Part shown: positions 18,401 through 27,709 of the stretch, one piece after another
Numbering within the stretch: the stretch's first letter is position 1
How the letters are laid out: the number at the start of each line of letters is the position of its first letter
Assembly: GCA_963708045.1 (NCBI GenBank)
Contig: OY970181.1
Location: 579,740-643,739, forward strand
Direction: 5' to 3'
Source: an uncultured bacterium
GTDB taxonomy: Bacteria > Patescibacteriota > Patescibacteriia > CAIQCM01
DNA length: 64,000 bases
Notes under the pieces: generated by a model
Seen by the model: the letters and a program-made list of their open reading frames with translations, nothing else
What the model was told of the DNA's origin: nothing
The model's database searches: none
Made by a program: the position numbers and the translations under genes

Positions 18401-19929
18401 ACATTACCGCAATTTTAACAACGCTCGCGGTTGGCGATGATTCCGCAACCAATGCTTGTACCTTTTCGGTTGATGCTTGGTACTGTCCAGTTATTCTCGC
18501 GAACAGTAATGGCACGCTAAAAGCTGATCCAGTTAAAGAAGGTTATGTTCGGGCTGACCATAATTTGGTTCTAGGGACGACGCGCCTAACAAATACTGCT
18601 GCTCAAATTTCCGACACATTTACCGGTGTTCAATTTGCTTACAAAATCACTTCCGTAACCGCCGAAGCTATTGGCACTAACCTAACAAGCACATTAACGG
18701 GACTGCTTGTCGGAGATGCGACCGCAACCAATACCTGTGTTCTTAATACCGGCGCTTGGTACTGTCCAGTTGTTCTCGCAAATAGCGATGGCACACTTCT
18801 TGGTGTACCAACGCAGGATGGCTATGTTCAAGCAAATCATAATTTAGTTACTGGCACGACGCGCGTTGCAAATACTGATGCTCAGCGTTCAGATACAATC
18901 ACTAACGTTTTATTTGCTCTTAAAGTTACAATCCAGCGCGAAGGCGACAACGCGGCTGTGACCGGTTCTACGGTTACCGCTGACGGTCCGACGCTTTACG
19001 ACGTGACTTGCGCCGAAAATGGAACAACCGGCATTCATTATTGCGTTATTCCCGTGGCACAAACAGGAACGATTACGCGAATTGTTAATCCTTCGTTTAT
19101 TACAAAAACACTAAGCTATACCGACCGCACAACGCAAATCGGCGGCCAAGGTACGATGACCGCGGTTTTGAGCACTTCGGGCGATATCACTCCGCCGACG
19201 ATTACCGGCCAGACTCCGGCCGATGGCGCGACCGGCGTTTCAATTATTGTTTCGCCAACCATAACCTTTAACGAAGCAATGGATGCGGCGACGTTAAACG
19301 GTGGCACGATTCAAATTCGCAAATATTCCGACGATACTGCGGTTTCCGCTAGTCTTCTCTATAATCCTTCAACCTTCGTCGTGACGCTAACCCCGGTTGC
19401 AAGTCTTGTCTACAACACGCAATATTATCTCTATGTTGTTGGTGCAAAAGATGCCGCGGGCAATTCGGTAAGCACCGACTACGCAGCTGGCACAAAGAGC
19501 AGTCACGAATTTACAACGGTTGCCGAAGCCAACGGTTCGCTCGCGGTCACGGGCATTGATCGTATTAGCACCTATGCCGTTACTGGTGGCGATTATGCCA
19601 ATGGTTGGAAATGGACTTTCCACGTCACCGTTCCGACCACCGAAACATCATTTAAAATGAAATTCACTGACCTTGTGAGCGGAACTCATTCTATTGCGGC
19701 GGCAGCGAATATGCGTTTCTTTTCTTCGCAATCATCTAACGCGTACGATGAAAGCACGGCAATTAGCATTACTGTTGCCGAAGCTTATAGCTCAACAATG
19801 ACACTCAACGCTGATCTTAGTGCTGGCACAGCCGGTCGGCAAATAGACGTTACGATTGAGGCGCGCGTACCAACAGGAACGGCGGCTGGGTCATACTCAA
19901 CCAGTTACGGGATTCAAACGACGATTTAA
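15415..19929 (+). CDS. Giant secreted repeat protein (11 x 92/93-aa Cys-pair repeats plus Ig-like Big_5 domain)
   Basis: 1504 aa; signal peptide; 11 WYCPV motifs at 276/279-bp spacing; DITPPTITGQTPADGATGVS..TITFNEAMD domain. Confidence 0.85.
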   Translation: MNAVSKLKFFSANHKGLVFAFCFVVAVLAFVALPTHKAMAANGDIVVNVKEELGSNLAGATVEINCSGGSFVANVAPTDASGNVTFLVADLGDSGGATLYHTADCDTNAESITYRVSKDGYVTQTTGGADTYLTGAETDKNITGVQFAYKLTAVTTEGPGTNITATLSSLAVGASGATDACTLNGGAWYCPVTLAHSVGPLIGVPTQDGYVQANYNLVTGTTRSANADAQVSDTISTVRFSYKITSATSEIGTNITAILTTLRVGDDTATNACTFSVDAWYCPVILANSNGTLKADPVKEGYVQADHNLVLGTTRVASSDAQITDSFTGVQYAYKITSATSEALAVNLISTLSALAVGDATATNACETSGGAWYCPVVLANSDGTLLGVPTQDGYVQTNYNLVIGTTRVANNALQISDTIVNVQYAYKITSVTTEGPGTELRATLSSLTVGDDTAKTACALNGTTWYCPVILANSNGTLVGVPTQDGYVSGDDNLVIGTTRVLNTAAQVSDTISTVRFAYKITAVTAEGPGTNITATLVSLAVGDDTATTLCTFNVATWYCPVILANSDGTLISIPIKDGYVQANYNLVLGTTRLTAAAAQVSDTVTGVRFSYKITSATSEIGTNITAILTTLAVGDDTTTNACAFSVDAWYCPVVLANSNGTLKADPVKEGYVQADHNLVLGTTRLANLDAQIVDSFTGVQFAYKITSVTAEGPGTNLTATLAGLVVGDVTGTDTCILNGGAWYCPVVLANSDGTLLGVPTQDGYVAANNNLVIGTTRGTNAAAQVSDTITGVDFAYKITAVTTEGPGTNLTATLSSLVVGDDTGTTACALNGGAWYCPVLLANSDGTLIGVPTQDGYVAANNNLVIGTTRITNAAAQVSDTISTVKFSYKLTAITTEGPGTNLTATLSSLVVGDVTGTNACILNGGAWYCPVLLANSDGTLIGNLVEDGYVQANYNLVNGTTRAAAGDPQRTETINTVQFAYKITGATTEISTDITAILTTLAVGDDSATNACTFSVDAWYCPVILANSNGTLKADPVKEGYVRADHNLVLGTTRLTNTAAQISDTFTGVQFAYKITSVTAEAIGTNLTSTLTGLLVGDATATNTCVLNTGAWYCPVVLANSDGTLLGVPTQDGYVQANHNLVTGTTRVANTDAQRSDTITNVLFALKVTIQREGDNAAVTGSTVTADGPTLYDVTCAENGTTGIHYCVIPVAQTGTITRIVNPSFITKTLSYTDRTTQIGGQGTMTAVLSTSGDITPPTITGQTPADGATGVSIIVSPTITFNEAMDAATLNGGTIQIRKYSDDTAVSASLLYNPSTFVVTLTPVASLVYNTQYYLYVVGAKDAAGNSVSTDYAAGTKSSHEFTTVAEANGSLAVTGIDRISTYAVTGGDYANGWKWTFHVTVPTTETSFKMKFTDLVSGTHSIAAAANMRFFSSQSSNAYDESTAISITVAEAYSSTMTLNADLSAGTAGRQIDVTIEARVPTGTAAGSYSTSYGIQTTI

Positions 19930-19951
19930 ATAATTGCTTAAGCGCAAAAAA

Positions 19952-21079
19952 ATGAACAAATATATAAAAATTTTGTTCGGTTTCGCAGTGGTGTTTCTTG
20001 GTCTTGTTGCGGGTGGTGTGGTTTTGGCCTCAGAAACAACTGGCGATTTAAATACAGGATTAGATACGGGCGTTGATGGAATTGTCGTGGCACCGCCGAG
20101 CGCCGCGCCCATTGCTGGCACTTATAGTTCCGCGCTCGCGATCACGCTTACGGCAACCGGTGCGACCAGTATGCGCTATTCAATCAATGGAACTGATCCG
20201 ACTTGTTCCACGGGGATAGTTTATGTTGAAGAAATTGCTGTTGCATCATCAAGAATAATTAAAGCAATTTCTTGTTATCCAGGCGGTATTGCTTCGTCGG
20301 TTGCCACGTTTATTTATACGATCTCGTCCTCGTCGGGCGGTGGCGGGGGTGGGGGAGGCGGGGGAAATTTTATACCCGCACCAACGCCGGTTACTGGAAA
20401 ATTTAGCCGCACCGAAGCTAACGCCAAACTTCCGCCAAATTTTCCGGTTGATTCGCTTGTAAAATTAGCTGATGACAAAAATCCTAAAACCGATGTTGAT
20501 AGTGCTGTTTATTACATCGGGCTTGATGCCAAGCGTCATTCGTTCATTAATAATCATATTTTCTCTAGCTGGTATAGTAATTTTGATGATATAAAAATCA
20601 TAGACGCAACCACACTTGCTTCTATTACGCTTGGTACGCCAATTCTTTCGCGTCCAGGCACGTGGTGGGTAAAAATCGCTTCCGACCCAAAGACATATTA
20701 TGTTGAACCGGGGAGCTACAAGCTTCGTTGGATTAAAGACGAAGCCACAGCGCTTGCTTTGGGTGGGTCGGATTGGAACAAAAATATTCTTGACGTTGGC
20801 GTAAGTTACTTTGCTAACTATTCAAGCGGTGATCCGATTGATATGACATATTTGGCCAAACTTTGGCCAGCTGGCGCTTTGCTAAAACTCGCAAGCGATA
20901 CCACGATTTGGTACGCGACTGGTACAGAACGCCGGCGGTTTGCGTCAAAAAGCGCTTTTTCCGCGAATGGTTTTCAAGATCGCTTTATTGAATTAAATAA
21001 TAAACCAGGCTGGCAATATCTTCCGACAGGCGCGGACATTACCGGTTTTGAAGACGCGCTCTTTAGCCTTCAACACTAA
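19952..21079 (+). CDS. Secreted protein: chitobiase-C/Fn3-associated domain, poly-Gly linker, shared CPR module
   Basis: MNKYIK signal peptide; MRYSINGTDP; S/G linker; SAVYYIGLDAKRHSF..WVKIASDPKTYY. Confidence 0.75.
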   Translation: MNKYIKILFGFAVVFLGLVAGGVVLASETTGDLNTGLDTGVDGIVVAPPSAAPIAGTYSSALAITLTATGATSMRYSINGTDPTCSTGIVYVEEIAVASSRIIKAISCYPGGIASSVATFIYTISSSSGGGGGGGGGGNFIPAPTPVTGKFSRTEANAKLPPNFPVDSLVKLADDKNPKTDVDSAVYYIGLDAKRHSFINNHIFSSWYSNFDDIKIIDATTLASITLGTPILSRPGTWWVKIASDPKTYYVEPGSYKLRWIKDEATALALGGSDWNKNILDVGVSYFANYSSGDPIDMTYLAKLWPAGALLKLASDTTIWYATGTERRRFASKSAFSANGFQDRFIELNNKPGWQYLPTGADITGFEDALFSLQH

Positions 21080-21081
21080 CG

Positions 21082-21185
21082 TAGCGTATAGGGGTTAGGG
21101 TATAGAGTATAGAAAAAAGAAAAAACCTCCGATTTTTATCGGAGGTTTTTTATTCTAGCCCCTAAACCCTATACCCTAGACGCTA
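21082..21185. repeat. Inverted heptamer arrays enclosing a terminator
   Basis: tagcgta taggggt tagggta tagagta tag [terminator] ctagccc ctaaacc ctatacc ctagacg cta. Confidence 0.85.
21121..21151 (+). terminator. Intrinsic terminator
   Basis: aaaaacctccgat-tttt-atcggaggtttttt. Confidence 0.85.
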
Positions 21186-21241
21186 ATAGTAAGTTGAAAT
21201 AATCTTCTTTACGGAGTATTCTTATTAAACAATGCTATCCT

Positions 21242-23512
21242 ATGAAAAATAAAATCCTCCCCATTTTTTTATTTGTTTTCACGGCTTTTTTGTTTGGTCA
21301 TCAAGCCAAGGCCGCAACCAAAGAATGGCTTGCTAATGCGCCGGGCGATCTGGCTTCGGTTGCGACAAATTGGGCAAGCGGCGTTTTGCCGTCTTCGGGC
21401 GATGATCTTGTTTTTCCTTCAGGCGCAACAGTTGTATGGGACATTAGCGGCGTGATGCCGAGAAATGTCACGACCCAAGCCAATGTCTCGCTCAAAGCTC
21501 CTTTGGCTTTGATGGGCGACTTTAAAGTAAGCGGAGGGAAGTTACTTTCAAACAGTAATGCTATTTCGGTTGGCGGAGCGGTTATTCTTTCGGGTGGCGC
21601 GGCGGATTTTGGCGCCTCGTCAATTAACGTGAGTGGCGATTGGAAATTTTCTGGCGGCACTGCCGTCCTTTCATCGGCCACGGTAAGTTTTACCGGAAGC
21701 GGGGATAAATTAATTTATTCATCGGGAAATAGTTTTGGTAAATTATCAATCAATGCGCCGGGCGTGACCGTAAAATTAGCAGATGATTTTGAAAGCAATG
21801 ATAAAATAACCGTTTCTGATGGAATTTTTTCGTTAGCCGGAAAAACAATGACTTTGACGGGTGGTCTTGATCTTATAGGTGGAACAGTGACGCTCTCTGG
21901 AGGAAAAATAAATTTTGTCGGCACCAAAGGGAAACCGTTTTCAATTTCCGGCGGAAGTTTTAACGTTGATGCTGGCGGTACGGTTGTTTATGCGCCGACC
22001 GCTGGAAGTATCACCGTCGCGGCGGCCGATTATTATGATTTAGAACTTTCTGGAAATGCGGTTTTTTCTCTTTCGGGAGGAACAACAGTAAACGGAAAAT
22101 TAATAATTGGCGTGGGCGCAACGCTTTCGCCTAGCTCATTTACGATTTCGGCGAAAGGACAGGTAGAAAACAGTGGAAAGATTTTGGGGGATAAGGGAAT
22201 AGACACGGCCGTCGGCTCGATAAAATTTATTAACGACAATTTCGCGGAAATTTTTTCGTTTACGAAAAGCTCAGGCGTTGTTCGGGTAAGTATTGAAAAT
22301 ATCGGTAAAAATTTTATTGGCAGTGTGGCAGAAACGCTTGCTGGGCTAACTTTAACGACAATGTCAGGTGACAAAGAGATAATTAACGCCGTGGAAACCA
22401 GCAATTCAACCGGCGTTTTTGTAACGCCGGCGATTGTTGTTCACGAGGCGGCAGTGGAACAAGGAAACGGTCAGCTCGAGGTATCGCAGAATGATATAAT
22501 TTTTGCGACTTACGTTGACCCACAAAACTCGGCGCGTAAAAAAAGCGCCGAAATTACCGTGAGCGCGACGACCTCTTCAAATACCGGCATTCCGCAAATT
22601 GTCGCTAAGCCAATTCTTACCAACTGGAGCTCGGTAACGTCGTCCTCAGGAACAACTTATTCGGCACATATTATCTGGGAAACTGATATTGTGAGTTCTT
22701 CGGCAATAACGGTTTCTGGTGGCAGTTTTAGTTTGCCGGTTTCTGCTGGCAGCCTAACACCAACTTTAACCCACGATGTTTTGGTTTCCGGTTTGTCGCG
22801 CGGCTACGTGTATTCTTATAAAGTAAGTTCAATGTCGGCTGATGGCAAAAGCGTTACGAGCGATTCGGCAAAGTTTACGGTTATTGTTGCTGGCGATCGG
22901 ATTAAAACGGCTAATTCGTCGGCGGTGTATTGGTACCTAAACGGCAAGCGAAACGTATTTTCTAATTTTTTCGTTTATGATTCTTGGTTTCCCGATTTTA
23001 AAAATGTTGTAACGATTCCAGCCGAACAAATGTCCGATATTCTAATTGGTCGGGGTATTCCCGTGCGTGCTGGCACATATCTTGTAAAAATTCAGTCCGA
23101 CCCGCGGGTTTATGCGGTTTTGCCGTTTGGAAAATTAAGCTGGGTGCAAACCGAAACGCAAGCGATCGCTCTTTACGGAGAAAATTGGTCAAAGCGGGTA
23201 ATTGATATGGATGTGGCTTTCTTTGGTTCCTATTCATATGCCGATCCGATGGTAGACGGAAAAATGCCCGACGGGTTTGTTTATTCCGCCGGTGGGGAAA
23301 ACGGAATTTATTTGGAAAATAGTTTGCATCGCTTAAACGACGCCGCGCTTCCGGTAAATGGTATAGATAAACGTTTTATTTCCCCGGTTGTTTTAAGTAT
23401 GATTACGAACGCGACAAATGGCGGTATTTATTATGGTTACGCACCTGCAGCAAATACAGTTTTTAAAGACGGAAATTCCGAAGTTGTCGCGCCAGCGCGC
23501 ATAGAAAAATAA
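21242..23512 (+). CDS. Secreted protein: Gly-rich beta-helix (autotransporter passenger-like), Fn3-like domain, shared CPR module
   Basis: 756 aa; signal peptide; NWASGVLPSSGDDLVF; repeated ..SGG..L units; THDVLVSGLSRG..YSYKV; GDRIKTANSSAVYW..VKIQSDPRVY. Confidence 0.75.
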   Translation: MKNKILPIFLFVFTAFLFGHQAKAATKEWLANAPGDLASVATNWASGVLPSSGDDLVFPSGATVVWDISGVMPRNVTTQANVSLKAPLALMGDFKVSGGKLLSNSNAISVGGAVILSGGAADFGASSINVSGDWKFSGGTAVLSSATVSFTGSGDKLIYSSGNSFGKLSINAPGVTVKLADDFESNDKITVSDGIFSLAGKTMTLTGGLDLIGGTVTLSGGKINFVGTKGKPFSISGGSFNVDAGGTVVYAPTAGSITVAAADYYDLELSGNAVFSLSGGTTVNGKLIIGVGATLSPSSFTISAKGQVENSGKILGDKGIDTAVGSIKFINDNFAEIFSFTKSSGVVRVSIENIGKNFIGSVAETLAGLTLTTMSGDKEIINAVETSNSTGVFVTPAIVVHEAAVEQGNGQLEVSQNDIIFATYVDPQNSARKKSAEITVSATTSSNTGIPQIVAKPILTNWSSVTSSSGTTYSAHIIWETDIVSSSAITVSGGSFSLPVSAGSLTPTLTHDVLVSGLSRGYVYSYKVSSMSADGKSVTSDSAKFTVIVAGDRIKTANSSAVYWYLNGKRNVFSNFFVYDSWFPDFKNVVTIPAEQMSDILIGRGIPVRAGTYLVKIQSDPRVYAVLPFGKLSWVQTETQAIALYGENWSKRVIDMDVAFFGSYSYADPMVDGKMPDGFVYSAGGENGIYLENSLHRLNDAALPVNGIDKRFISPVVLSMITNATNGGIYYGYAPAANTVFKDGNSEVVAPARIEK

Positions 23513-23513
23513 T

Positions 23514-24677
23514 GTGGAAGAAGAAATAAAAACTAAAAAATTTCCTCGGCGTTCTATTTTTGTCTTAGCGGTTGCGTTGCTTATTTTGGGCGCGGCGGTT
23601 TATTGCTATCCGCGCGCCGTTGCCGATCGCGCCGTTCCACCTTTGGTTGTAGAAAAAGCGCCGCGCACTAATCATCTCGCTGTCCCGTCCGAAGTCAGAG
23701 CAATTTATATCACGGCGGAAATGGCAGGAAATGAAAAAAGATTTTCGGAAGTTGTTAATTTGGGCAAAAGCCGCGGGATTAATTCTTTGGTGGTTGATCT
23801 AAAAAATGAAAACGGTTCGCTCGCATTTTTGCCCAAAAACGAAACGTTAAAAGCCGAGATTGGGAAAAATGTTCCGCTCGGCGACCTTGGTGTTTTTGCC
23901 GATAAAGTTCATGGCCTCGGTTTGTACCTTATCGCGCGAATGCCGGTTTTTGAAGATCCGAATTATGCAATTGGACATCCGGCCTTTGCCTTAAAACGTT
24001 CCGGCGGCAAACTATGGACTGACGCGAATGGTTTGGCTTGGCTTGACCCGGCTTCGGAAGACGTTTGGAAATATAATTCCGCCGTGGCGACGGAAGCGTA
24101 TACGCTTGGTTTTGATGAAATTCAGTTTGACTATATCCGTTTTGCGACCGACGGCGTAACCTCGGCGATCGTTTTTCCGGTCTATGACAAAAAGAAAGAA
24201 ACATACCGACAAGTTATTTCTCGTTTCTTTTCATTTCTTGATTCCGAACTTCGCGCCAAAGGAATTCCAATCTCGGCCGATGTTTTTGGTTTTGTTACTT
24301 GGCACCAGTCGGACTTGGGCATTGGCCAGTGGTACGACGACGCCATAAGAACGATGGATTATGTTTCGCCGATGGTTTATCCGTCGCATTATCCATCGGG
24401 CGTGTTACAATTTAAAAATCCGGCCGCTCACCCGTACGAAATAATCGCTGACTCTTTAAAAAAGGGGAACGAAGTTATTTCTTTGGCCGCGAAAGATCCG
24501 GATCTTAAACTTGCGACGCAACGTCCGTGGCTGCAAGCCTTTGATATGGGCGCCAAATACACGCCCGAGTTGATTCTGGCCGAAGTAAAAGCCAGCCGCG
24601 ACAATAACGCCTCCGGTTTTATGTTCTGGAACGCCAGAAACGATTACTCTAATCTGCCGGTACTTACTAATCTCTAA
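23514..24677 (+). CDS. Putative glycoside hydrolase (DUF4015-like), membrane anchored
   Basis: RAIYIT, NSLVVDLK, GFDEIQFDYIRF, SPMVYPSHY, RPWLQAF motifs. Confidence 0.85.
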   Translation: MEEEIKTKKFPRRSIFVLAVALLILGAAVYCYPRAVADRAVPPLVVEKAPRTNHLAVPSEVRAIYITAEMAGNEKRFSEVVNLGKSRGINSLVVDLKNENGSLAFLPKNETLKAEIGKNVPLGDLGVFADKVHGLGLYLIARMPVFEDPNYAIGHPAFALKRSGGKLWTDANGLAWLDPASEDVWKYNSAVATEAYTLGFDEIQFDYIRFATDGVTSAIVFPVYDKKKETYRQVISRFFSFLDSELRAKGIPISADVFGFVTWHQSDLGIGQWYDDAIRTMDYVSPMVYPSHYPSGVLQFKNPAAHPYEIIADSLKKGNEVISLAAKDPDLKLATQRPWLQAFDMGAKYTPELILAEVKASRDNNASGFMFWNARNDYSNLPVLTNL

Positions 24678-24705
24678 TTTCAAATCTCTAATCTCTAATT
24701 CCAAA
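24667..24705. repeat. Heptamer tract (CTAATCT) overlapping a stop codon
   Basis: ctaatct ctaattt caaatct ctaatct ctaattc caaa. Confidence 0.8.
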
Positions 24706-24708
24706 AAT

Positions 24709-25278
24709 ATGAAATTTGCCGGTTTTTGGCGACGACTCGTCGCGAGCGTTATTGATCAATTTTTAATCGGTTTGCTTGCCTATTTTATTGGTAACGCCGC
24801 GCTGCTTGTCTCACTTTATGTTGCGCCAATTTCGCAAGCAAAATACAGCGGTTTTTTTAACATTGCCACCTTGCTGAGCTATGCCCTTGGGGGGTTTCTT
24901 TATTTTTCCCTTTTTGAGGGAAAAACTGGTGAGACAATGGGAAAGCGATTGTTAAAGCTTAAACTCGTACGGATTGATCAGCCTAATCGTGATGGGATCG
25001 GCGTTGTGCGCGCCGGTTTTCGTTCGGTTTTTTCTTTTATTGTCCAGATTTTTGCCGGCGTAAATTATATTCTGATGTTGCTTAACTCCGAACGGCGAAC
25101 ACTCCATGATAATCTTTTTAAGACCGCGGTCGTATATGACCCTAAGGGTGATTTCCCATCGTTTGACCCCGACAAGTTGCCGCTGGCCTCAAAAAAGCCG
25201 GTTCTTTTTGCGCTTGCGCTTATTATCTCGCTACTTGCCGCAATCGGGCAAATAATGTATTTTTCGGGTTTAGTATAA
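24709..25278 (+). CDS. RDD family membrane protein
   Basis: AGFWRRLVASVID ... GETMGKRLLKL ... RRTLHD...T.VV. Confidence 0.9.
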   Translation: MKFAGFWRRLVASVIDQFLIGLLAYFIGNAALLVSLYVAPISQAKYSGFFNIATLLSYALGGFLYFSLFEGKTGETMGKRLLKLKLVRIDQPNRDGIGVVRAGFRSVFSFIVQIFAGVNYILMLLNSERRTLHDNLFKTAVVYDPKGDFPSFDPDKLPLASKKPVLFALALIISLLAAIGQIMYFSGLV

Positions 25279-26757
25279 ATGATGAAAAAACTGACTGACA
25301 AAATGTTTTACAAATACCTGCGCTGCCCGCATTGGGTGTATTGGGATATTTACGGCAAGAAAAACGATGTTGAGGAGGTAGATGAAATTTTGGAAAAAAT
25401 TCACGAGCATACGGTTTTTAACAAAGAAGAATATCTTGGGGCTTTTGGCAAAGTTGAAATTATTCCCGCGGGCGGCGACGAGGACGAACGCTTTGTTAAA
25501 ACGCTAGAACTTATGAAAGCGGGGAGCGCGGCAATTTTGGGCGGTCGTTTGGTTGATGGAAATTGGATCGGCACGCCCGATCTTTTGGTAAAGACGCCGC
25601 CACCCCAGGGAGCCGTTTCGCGTTTTGGCGACTGGCTTTATGAACCGTATGTCATTAAAAGCGCGATCGTTGCCGAAGAAAAAGACATTAAAGACGAATA
25701 TCGTTTTGAACTGGCTTTTTACGCGCTTATTTTGGAAAAACTCCAGGGTTTTCGTCCGGAAAACGGTTGGCTCGTCGCCGCCGACAAAAAAATTCATCGC
25801 GTCAAAATAAATAATGTTTTAGAAAATTTTCATTTAACCCTTCGCGAGATTGAAAATATTTTAAACGGTCGCAAGCCAGCCCCGTTTCTTTCTTCTTCGT
25901 GTAAAGAATCGCCGTGGTTTTCTAATTGCGTTCGCGAAGCCGAAACCGACGATGACATTTGTTTGATTTATAAAATCCGCCGAACTGATCACGCCAAACT
26001 TTATGAGGCAGGCATAAAAACCGTGAGCGAGCTGGCAGCAACCGATCTTCAAACGCTGGAAAACGCCGTCCCCGATATGAGCCGACGTAAATTGGAAATG
26101 CTTCGGCGTCAAGCAATTGCACTTCACGAACGAAAGATTATCACCATTCAAAACCCGATTTTTCCGTCGGCAATGCCGGAATATTATTTTGACATAGAAG
26201 GCGATCCGCTTCGGAACCTGCATTATCTTTTTGGTTTGCTGTGTGTAAAAAGCCCGCGTGCCAAAGGCGTTTACGATTATGTTTTAGCCGAAAAACCAGA
26301 GGACGAAAAAACCGCTTGGCTTGGTTTTTTGGAAATGGTCAAAAAAATTCCAACTGGCGCCTCAATCTATCATTATGGAACTTACGAAAAAACGGTCGTG
26401 GCGCTTTTTTCGGAAAAATACGGCGGCGAAAGACGGACACTGGAAAAGCTGGAGAAGTGTTTGGTTAATTTACTGCCGACCGTTTGCGAGTCGGTGGCGC
26501 TTCCGGTTTATTTTTATTCGCTTAAGGATATTGCCAAGGAATTTGGATTCAAGTGGCGGCATAAGTCGGCGAGCGGCGTTAATTCTATTATTTGGTACGA
26601 AGATTTCTTGCGCCTTAAGGCGAGCGGAAAAAAGCGCGATCTTGTTAAAGCAAAAAAAATCCTTGCCGACATTGTCGCTTACAACGAAGACGACGTTAGG
26701 GCGACGCTTTTTCTTAAACGACAACTCGGTAAATTGCCCGAACCGGAAGCAGTATGA
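25279..26757 (+). CDS. TM0106 family RecB-like nuclease with C-terminal RNase H-like domain
   Basis: GTPDLLV; YYFDIEGDP..YLFG; IYHYGTYE; YSLKDIA..GFKWR; YNEDDVRAT. Confidence 0.88.
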   Translation: MMKKLTDKMFYKYLRCPHWVYWDIYGKKNDVEEVDEILEKIHEHTVFNKEEYLGAFGKVEIIPAGGDEDERFVKTLELMKAGSAAILGGRLVDGNWIGTPDLLVKTPPPQGAVSRFGDWLYEPYVIKSAIVAEEKDIKDEYRFELAFYALILEKLQGFRPENGWLVAADKKIHRVKINNVLENFHLTLREIENILNGRKPAPFLSSSCKESPWFSNCVREAETDDDICLIYKIRRTDHAKLYEAGIKTVSELAATDLQTLENAVPDMSRRKLEMLRRQAIALHERKIITIQNPIFPSAMPEYYFDIEGDPLRNLHYLFGLLCVKSPRAKGVYDYVLAEKPEDEKTAWLGFLEMVKKIPTGASIYHYGTYEKTVVALFSEKYGGERRTLEKLEKCLVNLLPTVCESVALPVYFYSLKDIAKEFGFKWRHKSASGVNSIIWYEDFLRLKASGKKRDLVKAKKILADIVAYNEDDVRATLFLKRQLGKLPEPEAV

Positions 26758-27599
26758 AAGAAATAATTATTACTCTTTTTACCTCACTCATAATTTGCGG
26801 CGCCATTGTTTGGGAAGCTAGACTGCTTGATACGCAAGCCAGTGTTGTTATTGCCGAAACCTTGTCCGCCCCGCCGCCAATTTTTATAAAGTATCCGAGT
26901 AAAACCGATGTGTCATCCGCCTTGGTTGAAAAAGCTTTAAAACCGGCTAAAAAAATTATTAAGCCTGTCTTCATAAACACAAACGTGCCAGACGTGACCG
27001 CGCCGGACACTGCAAAAACACCGTCACAAACAAGTGTTAATCTTGCGGTGCCGTTTGTTTCCCAAGCCCCGTTTAAGGTTTGGGACGCGATTCATGAGGA
27101 GACCTGCGAAGAGGCGGATATGATTATGGTTGATAAATATTTTAAAAAAGAAAAAACTATCAATCTCGCTGAGGCCGACCAGCTAATGAATAAAATAATT
27201 GAATGGGAAAAGGTCAACTTAGGCCGCTATGAAGACACGAACGCCGATGAAATCGCGCGAACGCTCCGCGAATTTTTTGGCTACAAGAATGTTCGCTTGG
27301 TTTACGACCCGACCGTCGCCGATCTTAAAGAAATTCTCGCTAAAGGCTTTCCGATTTTAGTTCCGGCCGACGGCAAGCAATTATTAAATCCAAATTTTAA
27401 ACACGGCGGTCCGCCGTATCACGTCGTCGTGCTTCACGGCTACGACGCCAAGGGTAACTGGATAACCAACGATCCTGGCACGCGTCTTGGCAATGGCTTT
27501 CTTTATCCGGAAAAAAATTTAATGACAGCAATGCACGACTATGTCCCCGGCGACACAGCGCACGGGCAAAAAGTGGTGGTTGTTGTTGAACCGAATTAG
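26754..27599 (+). CDS. Peptidase C39-like family protein, N-terminally anchored
   Basis: VPFVSQAP..W..HEETCEEA (Cys), YHVVVLHGYD (His), ITNDPGT (Asp). Confidence 0.85.
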   Translation: MKEIIITLFTSLIICGAIVWEARLLDTQASVVIAETLSAPPPIFIKYPSKTDVSSALVEKALKPAKKIIKPVFINTNVPDVTAPDTAKTPSQTSVNLAVPFVSQAPFKVWDAIHEETCEEADMIMVDKYFKKEKTINLAEADQLMNKIIEWEKVNLGRYEDTNADEIARTLREFFGYKNVRLVYDPTVADLKEILAKGFPILVPADGKQLLNPNFKHGGPPYHVVVLHGYDAKGNWITNDPGTRLGNGFLYPEKNLMTAMHDYVPGDTAHGQKVVVVVEPN

Positions 27600-27709
27600 A
27601 TAATTATTTTCTTAATAATTAAGTCAAAGGACAGCGATTGACGCGCTGGCTTTTTTGTTATAGGGTTTTACTTCGGACAAAATGGAAACAAACAGATCGG
27701 AGGGATCAA

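Noticed and set aside
15850-18920. DGR template/variable repeats among the long repeats
   Set aside because: The differences are mostly synonymous, involve all bases, and lie within one continuous ORF.
7566-19623. Many antisense or alternate-frame ORFs over the surface-protein genes (also over mreB, rplL and purF)
   Set aside because: Shadow ORFs explained by biased codon usage of the real genes; no recognisable motifs.
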